Shown here: positions 1 through 9,768 of the stretch, in pieces
Numbering within the stretch: position 1 is the first letter of the stretch
Layout of the letters: each line of letters starts with the position of its first letter
Source: Limnochordia bacterium
GTDB lineage: Bacteria; Bacillota; Limnochordia; DTU080
Assembly (NCBI GenBank): GCA_050951545.1
Contig: JBMNJG010000003.1
Location: forward strand, 192,001-256,000
Direction of reading: 5' to 3'
DNA length: 64,000 bases
The notes under the pieces: generated by a model
Told to the model about the DNA's origin: nothing
Seen by the model: the letters and a program-made list of their open reading frames with translations, nothing else
Database searches by the model: none
Program-made: the position numbers and the translations under genes

Positions 1-619
1 GCTGCAGGAGCTTGTCGGTTGGCGTGCCATGGGGCAGAGCGCCTCTAGGCCCTGAGACCACTATGGTATCAAAAGCTAAGCGTTCTGCACCAGCCTCTCG
101 CAACAGGGTCTCCAGCTTTAGCGCCAGCTGACGCTCGCTGATGCCTGGACGAATATGGGGCAAAAGAGCCTCAAAAGCCTCGTCGGCTATGTCAACAGCC
201 TTGACGAGCAGCGCAAGCTCGTGAGCGCTCTTAATACCCCTGAGCTCCTCAACCAAGCCATCAACCGCTACCCAGTCACAACCTGGGACCCGAGACTGCA
301 ACTTCTGCCAGCTCTTATGTACCACGTGCTCGGTCTCAAACCCTGCTCGCTCAGCCCCTATGTTGCTGAGCACTTCGGCCAGAGCCGGATACAGCTCTAC
401 ATACTCGGCCTGCTCAAACATAGGAGCCTCGTCTTTCGCCTGGGTCACGTATCGCGAATCGACGAGAAGAAAAGCTCGTCTTTTCCCCACGACGACGCTG
501 CCCGCTGACCCGGAGAAACCAGTGAGCCAGCGGCGGTTGGCGGGCGAGCCAATGAGCAGTGCATCTAGCTCTGCACTCGCCATCTTGGCCCGCACCTGCT
601 CCAATCTTTGCGCAATCAC
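1..619 (-). CDS. Xaa-Pro peptidase family (M24, YqhT/PepP-like), 3' end runs off the window
   Basis: Not in the ORF track. Manual translation from GTG 619 (SD GGAGGTG) gives MIAQRLEQVRAKMASAELDALLIGSPANRRWLTGFSGSAG..LLVDSRY, a creatinase-type N-domain. Follows aroQ as in Bacillota. Confidence 0.85.
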   Translation of the reverse strand, partial: MIAQRLEQVRAKMASAELDALLIGSPANRRWLTGFSGSAGSVVVGKRRAFLLVDSRYVTQAKDEAPMFEQAEYVELYPALAEVLSNIGAERAGFETEHVVHKSWQKLQSRVPGCDWVAVDGLVEELRGIKSAHELALLVKAVDIADEAFEALLPHIRPGISERQLALKLETLLREAGAERLAFDTIVVSGPRGALPHGTPTDKLLQ

Positions 620-629
620 TCGACACCTC

Positions 630-1076
630 CTACTCCGAACCTGCCTGTCTTTTCCTTTCAACCAAAGCCTGAAGGGCTAAGCTATAGCCTAGCGGCCCCA
701 GCCCAACGACCTGCGCCACACATACTGGCGCGGTAACTGAGACATGGCGGAAGGCCTCCCTGGCGTGAATGTTGGAGAGATGCACCTCAATCGCTGGCAC
801 ACACACTGCGGCCAAGGCATCGCGGATAGCAATACTGGTGTGTGTCAAAGCCCCAGGGTTGATCACAATGCCACTGGCCCACTCGGCCGCTCCCTGGATG
901 GCATCGATGAGCACACCTTCGTGGTTGCTTTGTTGGACGCGTACCTCCACACCCAACTCGTCTGCCTTGCGAAGCAGAAGCTTGTTCACATCGTCAAGTG
1001 TATACGTGCCATAGATATTCACTTCGCGCCTACCCAGTAGATTGAGATTGGGACCATGAAGCACTAGAAACTCCAA
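630..1076 (-). CDS. aroQ: Type II 3-dehydroquinate dehydratase
   Basis: Motifs [36 protein letters not shown]. Confidence 0.97.
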   Translation of the reverse strand: MEFLVLHGPNLNLLGRREVNIYGTYTLDDVNKLLLRKADELGVEVRVQQSNHEGVLIDAIQGAAEWASGIVINPGALTHTSIAIRDALAAVCVPAIEVHLSNIHAREAFRHVSVTAPVCVAQVVGLGPLGYSLALQALVERKRQAGSE

Positions 1077-1094
1077 GCTGTCACTTCCTTTTCC

Positions 1095-2714
1095 TCAGAG
1101 CTTCTGCTGCCACTGTAGTGCCTCGCGCAACTGCTGGCGGGTCACCGGGACACCAGCTTCCGCAGAGCCGAGACGCGGGCTCAACACCATACGCAACTGC
1201 TGGGCCCGTACCTTCTTATCACGCTCGACTGCCGCCAACAACTCGTCAATGCTAACGCGCGGAGCGCTGACAGGCAATCCAGCCCGACGTAACACGGCCA
1301 GCAAGCGATCAAGATCTGCAGCAGACCATCCTCCTGCAAGGCAAGAGAGACGGCCAGCCGTCACCATGCCGACAGCCACTGCTGCGCCATGTGTGTAGGT
1401 TCTATACGCAGTGACAGTCTCCAGAGCATGAGCCACTGTATGACCAAAGTTGAGCACCTCGCGCTTCCCGGTCTCTTTTTCATCGATTCCAACGACGGCC
1501 CCCTTGATCACGCATGAGCAATAAACACAGTGGCCGAGCACTTCCGGATCTCGAGTGAGAATATCCGGAAGGTGCTCCTCGGTAAACCGTAACAAACTTT
1601 CATCGGCCATCACGCCGTGCTTGATCACTTCGGCCAAACCAGATAACAGCTCCCGCTGAGGAAGGCTGCAGAGCACCGTCGTATCTGCGATCACCGCTTG
1701 TGGCTGATAGAAGGCCCCTACCAGATTCTTGCCCTGTCTGAGGTTGACGGCGACCTTTCCACCCACACTGGCATCCACTTGAGCCAAAAGCGTCGTAGGG
1801 ATCTGCACCAAAGGGACGCCTCGCATATATGTGGCAGCCACTAGGCCCGCGACGTCACCCGTCACCCCGCCGCCTAAGGCGACGACGAGGCCATCACGCG
1901 AAAGGCCTGCTCGCACGCATGCCTCATAGAGCGACTCCAGAGTCTGAAGTGTCTTGTGCTCCTCGCCCGCAGGAAAGACCACTCGCTCAACGTCCCACCC
2001 GCCCTGGCCGAGGGAAGCGAGCACGCGTCCGCTGTAGAGGGGAGCGACGTTGCTGTCGGTGATCAGCAAAACCCGCGCTGGCGAGCTCGTAACGAACTCA
2101 TGGCAGCGCTGAAGTAGGTTTGATCCCACGTGCACGGCATAGCTTTGATTGCCACATCGGACGGGAACACTCCGCACCGCTACCCCTCCCTGACATGCTA
2201 GCTCCCAGTAATGTTGGATAGTCTCTGCAATGCTTTCTGCGGGTGCATCTGCCCCCACCATAAGGTGGGCCTCAGCATACTGCTCCACACGAGCAGCATA
2301 AAGCTTCTTAAGGCCACTTTGGGCTGACCTATCCAGCAGTGGCCTGTCTCCTTGACGTCTGGCCCTGACCAACAGCATATCCACGGGACCTGTCAACCAC
2401 ACGACCAGATTGCCCTGCAGAAGGCTGCACAGAGATTCTGCATTAGCCAGCGCTCCTCCACCCGTAGCGATCACTTGGCCGCTCGCCCGTGCAGCATGCT
2501 GCACCACCGTCGCCTCCACACGACGGAAAAAGGGCTCCCCGAATTCGGCGAAGATTTGCGGAATGCCTAACCCTGTTCGCTCCACGATCTGGGCATCTGT
2601 ATCGCACAGGGACATGCCCAAAGCGTTGGCCAACAGACGACCGACAGTGCTTTTGCCGGCACCCATAAAGCCTACCAGAACGATATTACGAGGACCCTGA
2701 TCATGCCTAGGCAT
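1095..2714 (-). CDS. aroKB: Fused shikimate kinase / 3-dehydroquinate synthase
   Basis: N-part has [23 protein letters not shown] (AroK). C-part has [35 protein letters not shown] (AroB). Start placed at ATG 2714 overlapping the aroC stop. Confidence 0.93.
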   Translation of the reverse strand: MPRHDQGPRNIVLVGFMGAGKSTVGRLLANALGMSLCDTDAQIVERTGLGIPQIFAEFGEPFFRRVEATVVQHAARASGQVIATGGGALANAESLCSLLQGNLVVWLTGPVDMLLVRARRQGDRPLLDRSAQSGLKKLYAARVEQYAEAHLMVGADAPAESIAETIQHYWELACQGGVAVRSVPVRCGNQSYAVHVGSNLLQRCHEFVTSSPARVLLITDSNVAPLYSGRVLASLGQGGWDVERVVFPAGEEHKTLQTLESLYEACVRAGLSRDGLVVALGGGVTGDVAGLVAATYMRGVPLVQIPTTLLAQVDASVGGKVAVNLRQGKNLVGAFYQPQAVIADTTVLCSLPQRELLSGLAEVIKHGVMADESLLRFTEEHLPDILTRDPEVLGHCVYCSCVIKGAVVGIDEKETGKREVLNFGHTVAHALETVTAYRTYTHGAAVAVGMVTAGRLSCLAGGWSAADLDRLLAVLRRAGLPVSAPRVSIDELLAAVERDKKVRAQQLRMVLSPRLGSAEAGVPVTRQQLREALQWQQKL

Positions 2715-3864
2715 GACGCAGTGCATCCAGATACCCCTGCAAGTTACGACACACCTCACCGACGCTGTCGCCACCGAATTTCTCCAAAAGAGCCCGCCCC
2801 ACCTCGAAGGCGACAACCGCCTCACCTACGACAGCCGCGGCAGGGACGGCACAAGTGTCAGAGCGCTCCACAGCAGCAAGCGCCTCCTCCTTGGTGTCAA
2901 TATCCACGCTAGGCAACGGTTGATACAGGGTGCCTATCGGTTTCATTGCCGCCCGCAGTATCAGAGCTTCACCATTGCTCATGCCGCCTTCCAGGCCTCC
3001 AGCGTGGTTCGAGAGACGAATGTAGCGCCCCGCTTCATAGGCGATGGGGTCATGTACCAAAGAGCCCGGCTGCCGTGCAGAGGCAAAACCCAGACCAATC
3101 TCTACACCCTTGATCGCCTGCACGCTCATCAGAGCTCTCGCCAACCGTCCGTCCAGGCGCTCGTCCCACTGAGCATAGCTGCCGAGGCCGGGAGGCAATC
3201 CCTCCACGATGACCTCGAAAACACCACCTAGAGTATCTCCGGCTTCTTTGGCAGCATCAATGGCGGCGCGCATAGCTGCCGCTGCTTCTTGGTCAGCGCA
3301 AGCCACATCGTTGGCCTCAGCGATCACTGCTATCTGCTCAGGAGGCAGCGGCGGCACAGCAGCACGGACATCGCCGATGCTCAGTACGTGACTGTAGATC
3401 ACCACGCCCGTCTCGCGTAGCAGGCAACGGGCAACAGCTCCAGCAGCGACCCTGGCTGCAGTCTCTCGTGCACTTGCCCGCTCCAAGACATTGCGGATAT
3501 CGCGATGCCCGTACTTGAGAAGACCCGCAAGATCCGCATGCCCGGGTCGCGGACACGTGACTCGCCTATGGGAAGCTGCATGGCCCGGACCAGGAGCCAT
3601 GCACTCCTGCCAGTTGGTCCAATCCCTATTTTCAATCTGAAGGGCGATCGGACTACCTAGTGTACGGCCACCCCGGACACCCGACAAGATCTGCACACGG
3701 TCATGCTCAATGCGCATGCGTCCACCACGACCATAGCCACGCTGACGTCTGCTCAACTGATGATCGATATCTGCAGCCAGCAGTTCCACACATGCTGGCA
3801 TGCCTGTGATAATCGCCACCAGCGCAGAGCCATGCGATTCGCCAGCAGTCACATACCGCAGCAT
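2707..3864 (-). CDS. aroC: Chorismate synthase
   Basis: [46 protein letters not shown]. Confidence 0.97.
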   Translation of the reverse strand: MLRYVTAGESHGSALVAIITGMPACVELLAADIDHQLSRRQRGYGRGGRMRIEHDRVQILSGVRGGRTLGSPIALQIENRDWTNWQECMAPGPGHAASHRRVTCPRPGHADLAGLLKYGHRDIRNVLERASARETAARVAAGAVARCLLRETGVVIYSHVLSIGDVRAAVPPLPPEQIAVIAEANDVACADQEAAAAMRAAIDAAKEAGDTLGGVFEVIVEGLPPGLGSYAQWDERLDGRLARALMSVQAIKGVEIGLGFASARQPGSLVHDPIAYEAGRYIRLSNHAGGLEGGMSNGEALILRAAMKPIGTLYQPLPSVDIDTKEEALAAVERSDTCAVPAAAVVGEAVVAFEVGRALLEKFGGDSVGEVCRNLQGYLDALRHA

Positions 3865-3913
3865 CCCGCCACCCCCCCACAAGAAGCTGAGATCTTAGAA
3901 TGTCATTACCCTG

Positions 3914-4426
3914 TCACTTACTGGGGACCAGCTGCGGACGATGAGACACATGAATGCCAGCAGGTATCACTACTCGAAAAACGACGGCCGCCTTACGCAC
4001 ACTGAGCCAGCCCAGGCCATGAAAGACGAGATCCTGAGCGGGAGAGATCTCCAGCTCTACCTCTTCCCAACCCCGTTCCTCCAAGCGCTGCAGGCACTCG
4101 GAGCACACACAATAATCCCAGCTGTCTGAGTCGGGCTCTAGGAAGCGATCAATCACTGACTCCGAGCTGCGCTGAACAGGAACACTCGGGGCCATATAGC
4201 TCAACACCCAAGCGTTATGGCCTGGCGAGTGGGCCTCGCGCACGACCACCGCAGCCATGCCCCCAAAGATCAGGGCTTGTCTGCGTCTCAACCTCAGCCG
4301 TCTTGCCCGGAGAGGCTTGGTTGGTGCTACCTTCGCAGCGCACTCAGTACACAGCCGTTCTAAGATGCGCCCCCGATTTGGCACACTAGCCACTTTAGTC
4401 AGCTTAATATCAGACACCTTGGGCAA
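3914..4426 (-). CDS. YqeH-like C-terminal part (second fragment of a split YqeH homologue)
   Basis: QALIFGGMA and DLVFHGLGWLSV resemble YqeH C-domain motifs. It overlaps the upstream fragment in the +1 frame. Confidence 0.6.
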   Translation of the reverse strand: MPKVSDIKLTKVASVPNRGRILERLCTECAAKVAPTKPLRARRLRLRRRQALIFGGMAAVVVREAHSPGHNAWVLSYMAPSVPVQRSSESVIDRFLEPDSDSWDYCVCSECLQRLEERGWEEVELEISPAQDLVFHGLGWLSVRKAAVVFRVVIPAGIHVSHRPQLVPSK

Positions 4427-4904
4427 CCGCCTTTTTTCGTCTTTTGGCCTTGCTACGTCGGCGTACCCGTTTTTTGGGTTTCGCCTGCTGCTCGCCCATG
4501 GACGATAACACCTGCAACAGCGTGCTCTTGCCCACCCGGTCTGCGCCCACTATCGCCAAGGTGGCTGGCGTGTTAAGTTCTCGCCTGATCCCTTCGCAGA
4601 GAGCCGTCAGACCAGTACTCTCCAGGGCACTGATGACAAACGCCCCAGCGTGAACGATATGCTCCGTTTCTAGCCTGTCGACCAACCACGCCAGCACGTC
4701 AGCATGGGCTGTCCTCGATGGAAGAAGGTCGGCCTTGTTTGCCACAACCATCACACGAGGCCCGCACTGCAAGGCCAATCGCCTGCTAAACGTCCCTTCA
4801 AAATCCACAATATCTGTCACTAATAAGACTAAATCGGCTTGCGGCAGCTGCTGAATAGACAGTTCCTCCCTTCTATCCCCCCGCAGCTGATGAACCTCCT
4901 CCAT
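4410..4904 (-). pseudogene. YqeH-like circularly permuted GTPase N-part, frameshifted or degenerate
   Basis: DIVDF, NKADLLP (G4), ISA (G5), GADRVGKST (G1) in cpGTPase order, directly after yqeG. No N-terminal Zn finger, and it stops before G2/G3. Confidence 0.6.
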
Positions 4905-5406
4905 GGAGAAGACCCCTTTTTCTGAGGCAGGAAAGCACTCGCCTCTCCACACACCGCACCATCCGCGTCGTACGCAACTCATTCTTGCTTATTGGATTAA
5001 TCAAAATGGTGTGAATGTCCATTCGGTTGCCACCCAAAATGTCGGTGAAGATCTGATCACCAATCACCGCTGCCTCCCCGGGCGCCACGCCCAGCAAACG
5101 CAATGCTTCCCTAAAAGGGCGTTTTCGCGGCTTGATTGCCTTGGCAATGGCAGGAATGCCCAACATGCGCGCTACCGTACGAACACGCTCATTAAGACCG
5201 TTGGAGGCGATACACAGAGCGAATCCACGCTCACGAACTGCCGCCACCCATTCGCGGACTTGCGGCGACATCTCGGCGGCATCCCAACCCATGAGAGTGT
5301 TATCCAGATCGACAATAAGACCCCTGATTCCTCTGTCAGCCAGGTCATCAAGGTTGATGTCAAGTACAGACTTGGCCACCTGGTTGGGACAGAGTACCGT
5401 TAGCAA
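4873..5406 (-). CDS. yqeG: YqeG family HAD IIIA phosphatase
   Basis: DLDNTL, ASN, KP, IGDQIFTDILGGNR. TTG start 5406 lies 6 nt after AGGAGG. Confidence 0.92.
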   Translation of the reverse strand: MLTVLCPNQVAKSVLDINLDDLADRGIRGLIVDLDNTLMGWDAAEMSPQVREWVAAVRERGFALCIASNGLNERVRTVARMLGIPAIAKAIKPRKRPFREALRLLGVAPGEAAVIGDQIFTDILGGNRMDIHTILINPISKNELRTTRMVRCVERRVLSCLRKRGLLHGGGSSAAGG

Positions 5407-5472
5407 CCGAAGCCTCCTCATGTAAGGAGTGGAGCCAATGCGGGGTCACTCCCATACGCTAATACGCTCTTT

Positions 5473-5481
5473 ATTATAGCA
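5473..5481 (-). promoter_or_regulatory. Extended -10 sigmaA promoter (TGcTATAAT) for the yqeG-aro operon
   Basis: Perfect TATAAT with a TG extension upstream of yqeG. Confidence 0.65.
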
Positions 5482-5565
5482 CAAAATGCGCATTCTCAGC
5501 GCATCCCCACGCGAATCAGGCCGGTGCCCAGTCCCGGCACCGGCCTGAGAACCCACGTATGAGGT

Positions 5566-6270
5566 CTAGCCCTCAGTCCCATCAGGTAGCAGTGATTGCT
5601 GCAATTTGCTGATCGCCCGCTTCTCAATACGCGACACATACGAACGAGAGATACCCAGAAATCGTGACACTTCTCTTTGGGTCTTGCGCACGCCATCAAC
5701 CAAACCATAGCGCAGCTCTAAGACTCGCTTCTCGCGTCGACTCAAATGACACAAACTGGCATACATCCGCTCCTGATCTACCTTGTGCTCTACGCACTCT
5801 GCCACATCACCATCACTAGCCAACACATCGATGAGAGTGATCTCATTGCCTTCTTTGTCAGCGCCAATAGGATCGTGCAGCATGACCTCATTGCGCAGCC
5901 TCTTGGTCGACCGCAGATACATGAGAATCTCGTTCTCGATACATCGAGCTGCGTAGGTGGCCAGTCGGGTCTGCTTGTGCCTGTCAAAGGTGTTGATCGC
6001 CTTTACTAAGCCTATCGTGCCGATTGAGATCAGGTCGTCCGTATCCTCACCAGTATTGTCGAACTTCTTGACGATATGGGCCACCAACCTGAGGTTGCGT
6101 TCTATCAAGACATTGCGCGCTGTGCGATCACCCCCGGCAAAGGCCTCGAGATAAGCAGCCTCCTCTTCCGGCTTGAGCGGACTCGGGAATACATTGTTGG
6201 CAACGTAGGAAACAAGAAAGGTAAGACCTTGTAGCAAGACGGTGGCCATAGCGGCAAGCAGAACGGCCAA
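5566..6270 (-). CDS. sigK: Sporulation sigma factor pro-SigK, uninterrupted
   Basis: Pro-sequence ending [12 protein letters not shown]; [48 protein letters not shown] 6270 follows SD GGAGGTG. Confidence 0.95.
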   Translation of the reverse strand: MAVLLAAMATVLLQGLTFLVSYVANNVFPSPLKPEEEAAYLEAFAGGDRTARNVLIERNLRLVAHIVKKFDNTGEDTDDLISIGTIGLVKAINTFDRHKQTRLATYAARCIENEILMYLRSTKRLRNEVMLHDPIGADKEGNEITLIDVLASDGDVAECVEHKVDQERMYASLCHLSRREKRVLELRYGLVDGVRKTQREVSRFLGISRSYVSRIEKRAISKLQQSLLPDGTEG

Positions 6271-6289
6271 TAGCTGCACCTCCACTCTC

Positions 6290-6316
6290 AGAGTATGAGA
6301 GTCGTGTCAGGAAGGT
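6290..6316 (-). promoter_or_regulatory. Candidate sigmaK/sigmaE-type promoter of sigK
   Basis: AC-N17-CATACTCT just upstream of the sigK SD. Confidence 0.5.
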
Positions 6317-6338
6317 GCACGTCCCTAGGGCAGAAATA

Positions 6339-7373
6339 CTACGGGAGCGGCACCGCATCCAACTCACGACGAGCTGCGAGATGCTCACGATAGGTGCGGC
6401 TAAAAATATGCGTCCCGTCGCCGCGCGCCACAAAATAGAGGTGTTCGGTCCGTGAAGGTTCCAGAACGGCCTTTATGGCCTCAACCCCCGGACTCGCAAT
6501 CGGTCCCGGTGGAAGGCCCGGGTAGCGATAGGTGTTATACGGTGAGTCTACTTCTACGTCCTTCAGTGACAAACGTACAGGCGCGGGCTGAAGCACATAC
6601 TTTACCGTAGGATCAGCCTGCAGAGGCATTCCCTGACGTAGACGATTGAGGAACACGCCAGCGATCAGTGAGCGCTCCTCTGCTTGTTTGGCCTCTTTCT
6701 CCACAATGGATGCTAAGGTGAGTAGCTGGTGAAAGTCGAAATCAAGGGGCGCCGCCCTCTCCTCTAGCAGAGGCGCGACCATGTGATGCATGCGCCTAAC
6801 CATCAGGCGGAGGATATCGCCCACAGGTGTACCGGGCGCGATGCGATAGGTGTCAGGAAACAGATACCCTTCCAGACTGTTGGTGGGCGGTAACGGAAGT
6901 CCGCTCCCCTCCAACACAGTCGCGGCATCATGAGCCAGGGTCAAGAACTCCCCTTCATCTGCCAAACCCGCCGTAGCCAGTACCGCAGCAATCTGTCTCA
7001 CATCAAGACCCTCGGGAATGGTGACCCCAGGCGAAGCCACCCGCCCGTTCTTGATGCGCCAAACGACCCCTAACGGCGTCATTCCAGGGTGCAGCTTATA
7101 CTCCCCAGCCTGTAGCTGTCCCTCAGCACCCAGGACCTTGGTCCACAAGACGAAATGGAAGCCCGAGCGAATGATCCCCTCCTGAGCGAGGGTCTTGCCA
7201 ATGGTGCGGGCGCCAGCACCTGCCGCCACCCGCACGTACACCTCACCACGTCGACGGCTGCCTGCGGGCATGACAAAATAGCCCGCCCCCAATAGGACGA
7301 GGCAAAGGAGAACCGCTGTCACCCAAGAACAGTTAGTCTTCCAGTTCTCTAGGGTCGATCTCGCCCTCTTCAT
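6339..7373 (-). CDS. mltG: Endolytic transglycosylase MltG (start uncertain)
   Basis: N-terminal TM; TIPEG, LEGYLFPDTY, LASIVEKE, LQADPT, SPYNTY..GLPPGPI. Confidence 0.93.
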   Translation of the reverse strand: MKRARSTLENWKTNCSWVTAVLLCLVLLGAGYFVMPAGSRRRGEVYVRVAAGAGARTIGKTLAQEGIIRSGFHFVLWTKVLGAEGQLQAGEYKLHPGMTPLGVVWRIKNGRVASPGVTIPEGLDVRQIAAVLATAGLADEGEFLTLAHDAATVLEGSGLPLPPTNSLEGYLFPDTYRIAPGTPVGDILRLMVRRMHHMVAPLLEERAAPLDFDFHQLLTLASIVEKEAKQAEERSLIAGVFLNRLRQGMPLQADPTVKYVLQPAPVRLSLKDVEVDSPYNTYRYPGLPPGPIASPGVEAIKAVLEPSRTEHLYFVARGDGTHIFSRTYREHLAARRELDAVPLP

Positions 7374-7647
7374 CCCAGCCGTCAAATTCTGCATATGCCT
7401 CGGCCACCCGCGCAAATTCTTCCTCATCGTCAAGCATCACCAACTGCTCTTCGCCGTCTTCCACCTCGACGCGGAAGACAAAGGCCTCTTCCTCTTCATC
7501 TTCATCTTCATCTACGTTGATGTCGTCATGTGGTATCAGTACGGCGTAGAGTTGCCCATCCACTTCAAGCGTACACTCCAAGGTGAATTCGTGTTCTTGC
7601 CCTTCCTCATCCACCAAGGTGATTAGGTCTTCTCCGTCTTGGAGCAT
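7333..7647 (-). CDS. DUF1292 (YrzB-like) acidic protein
   Basis: ITLVDEEGQEHEF..YAVL..DDEEEFARV; usual position after ruvX. Confidence 0.85.
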   Translation of the reverse strand: MLQDGEDLITLVDEEGQEHEFTLECTLEVDGQLYAVLIPHDDINVDEDEDEEEEAFVFRVEVEDGEEQLVMLDDEEEFARVAEAYAEFDGWDEEGEIDPRELED

Positions 7648-8105
7648 GTAGCTCCCCCTCTCTGACAGTCCGTGGTTTCCATGCTGTGCTGCCTACCTAG
7701 AAAACCCTGTAGAATCACCGATGCGGCTATCTTGTCAATTTTCGTGCGACGTTGGGCGCGACTTACGCCACCCTCCAAGAGGGCCTTCTCGGCAATGGTT
7801 GTTGTGTAGCGTTCGTCCGCCAAATGCACATCCCTGGCGCTGCGGTCCGCTAAGATGGACGCGAAGCGTCGGACTTCTGCTGCCTCTGGCCCTTCATCTC
7901 CGGACGTACGCCTTGGCAAACCGACCACAAAAGCAACCACCTCCTGAGCTTCGGCTATTTCCATGATCTTGTCAATATCCGCCGCCTCCGACCTACCGCG
8001 TTGCAGCGTTTCGCTCGGCTGAGCGGTGATCTGCAAGGGATCGCTGATGGCAATACCAATCCTTCGCTCGCCAACATCCAGGGCCATCAGCCTGCCGCAA
8101 CTCAA
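7623..8105 (-). CDS. ruvX: YqgF/RuvX family pre-16S rRNA nuclease
   Basis: ALDVGERRIGIAISD, VVGLP, DERYTT, DKIAASVILQ. Confidence 0.95.
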   Translation of the reverse strand: MSCGRLMALDVGERRIGIAISDPLQITAQPSETLQRGRSEAADIDKIMEIAEAQEVVAFVVGLPRRTSGDEGPEAAEVRRFASILADRSARDVHLADERYTTTIAEKALLEGGVSRAQRRTKIDKIAASVILQGFLGRQHSMETTDCQRGGATCSKTEKT

Positions 8106-9370
8106 GGGGCAATCACCTCAACCTCATTGTCGCTCGTGCCAGCTACAACCACACGAATCCAGGGTGTCCAAGTCGGAAGGTGTTTACGCAGACGGCCTTG
8201 CACATCCATGTCGCCCACCTCACCAGTCTCTAGCAACAGCCGCCGAGCCTGCTCAGGCGTACGGCCAGCTACCAAACGAGAGATCGCTACAGGATCCACC
8301 GTGCCTCCCACGGATATCCGCGACGAAACCCGCAACTCCTGAACGCCACCCTTTTCTGGTTCGCCTTCTATGGAAACAACGGGTGAGCCCAGCACCACAT
8401 ACCCCTTGGGCACGAACGCGTCGGCCTCTTTTCGCACATAGCGGCGCACATCCTCCACGAGGACATACCTACCCCGAGCCCTACCGCGTAGCGTAGCATG
8501 CACAGCATCTGTCGCTGCGCCTACAGCTGGTCGCGCCGCAAACTCAGTCTCTTGTACCTCTACCAAGGAATGAATCAGATAGGCTCCCTCTCCAGCATCC
8601 GAACTCAGAAGCGGCTGCGCCTTAAGCCGCAACTCAGAGCCAAGTCGCTGACGTAGCCCAGCAAGGTCATCGTGAGTTGCATAGGCGATTGTCCGTTCCG
8701 CACCCCCGCGCATGGCTTCCGGATTGACAACTCTCAACCCCGCAGGCCCTTGGGGAAGGGATGTGATGCGCCCTGCTGCTACGTTTCCGGAGTTGCCCAA
8801 CTCCTGGGCCCGGACACGGGCCTCCGTCTGGCCAGCCTTAATGCCAACTGGAACTTCCATGAAATACTCAGCTCGGCGGGCTGGGACACGCACAGCATTA
8901 GCAACTGTGAAACGCTGGCCACCATCGGTGGCGACTATGGTTCCCGCAGCTACAGCTATCTCGCGCTCTGTCTCGTTGAAGAGTATGACGGTACCCGTGG
9001 CCGCCGCCACGCCTTGCTGACGCCTCCCTGTAGCGGGAGCAGATGCTGAAGCCTCTACGCTTATCTCCAGAGAACGGAGTGCAACACCTCCGTAGCCATT
9101 AGTCTCACTCGACAGGGGAATCGTAAGCGGCCGCTCTAGAGTCCGTGATACTGGCGCCACCACCACCGTGACCCGCGGCAAAAAAAGAGAAATCAGAATG
9201 ACCAGCGCCAGTAGAGCTATTGCCGCGGCCGCCAGGCGCTGCGGCATTGCAAGGCTTGACAGATGGCGCGCAGTTCGCTTAGCCACAGGCTGCATAGGAG
9301 CGGTGACCTGTGAAGCCACTTCTTTTTCATCGTGGCCAGCGTGATAGGTGTCGGTCCCGTCTGTTGCCAC
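8102..9370 (-). CDS. Membrane-anchored protein with a baseplate J/gp47-like domain
   Basis: Hydrophobic helix near residues 46-63, then ATGTVILFN..AGTIVAT..F..GNSGNVAAGRI..VVNPEAMRGG. Stop overlaps the ruvX start (TTGA). Confidence 0.65.
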   Translation of the reverse strand: MATDGTDTYHAGHDEKEVASQVTAPMQPVAKRTARHLSSLAMPQRLAAAAIALLALVILISLFLPRVTVVVAPVSRTLERPLTIPLSSETNGYGGVALRSLEISVEASASAPATGRRQQGVAAATGTVILFNETEREIAVAAGTIVATDGGQRFTVANAVRVPARRAEYFMEVPVGIKAGQTEARVRAQELGNSGNVAAGRITSLPQGPAGLRVVNPEAMRGGAERTIAYATHDDLAGLRQRLGSELRLKAQPLLSSDAGEGAYLIHSLVEVQETEFAARPAVGAATDAVHATLRGRARGRYVLVEDVRRYVRKEADAFVPKGYVVLGSPVVSIEGEPEKGGVQELRVSSRISVGGTVDPVAISRLVAGRTPEQARRLLLETGEVGDMDVQGRLRKHLPTWTPWIRVVVAGTSDNEVEVIAP

Positions 9371-9424
9371 AGATGAACCCCCTTGCCTCAGATCCGGTCA
9401 CTTCCGTGAGGCCAGCTAAGGGTA

Positions 9425-9685
9425 CTACGGTGCCACCGTTTTCAGGTAAAGCTTTACTAGCTCCTCTATGATCTCATCGCGCTCGACGCTTCGCATAAGC
9501 CCTCGAGCATTGCGATGCGAGGTAATATACGTTGGATCGCCCGAGATCAGGTATCCGACGATTTGGTTGACGGGATCGTATCCCTTCTCCTGTAGGGCCT
9601 GGTAGACCTCTTGCAAGACCCGGCCCACATTTGTCTGGTCCTTTCCCACACGAAACAACATGGTTTCATCGGGTAACTCCGCCAT
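9425..9685 (-). CDS. ireB: IreB/ReoM (UPF0297) regulatory phosphoprotein
   Basis: [32 protein letters not shown]; follows alaS. Confidence 0.93.
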   Translation of the reverse strand: MAELPDETMLFRVGKDQTNVGRVLQEVYQALQEKGYDPVNQIVGYLISGDPTYITSHRNARGLMRSVERDEIIEELVKLYLKTVAP

Positions 9686-9768
9686 GGACTATAACCTCCC
9701 GGAATCTGCCAGTTGGCCCTGCAGTACAGGCCTTCATTCTGGGCCCCCGAGGCGTTTCCCTCCCGCAG

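Noticed and set aside
4398-4440. A-AAA-AAG slippery heptamer in the yqeH junction as a programmed -1 frameshift
   Set aside because: A -1 shift gives only GGCPRCLILS and then a stop. Joining the two fragments needs +1, so it does not explain the split.
7480-7520. TCTTCA/TCATCT short repeats
   Set aside because: They simply encode the Asp/Glu tract of the DUF1292 protein.
8102-9370. Prophage, tailocin or eCIS around the baseplate-J-like gene
   Set aside because: Both neighbours are housekeeping genes. No sheath, tube, terminase, integrase or att sites were seen.
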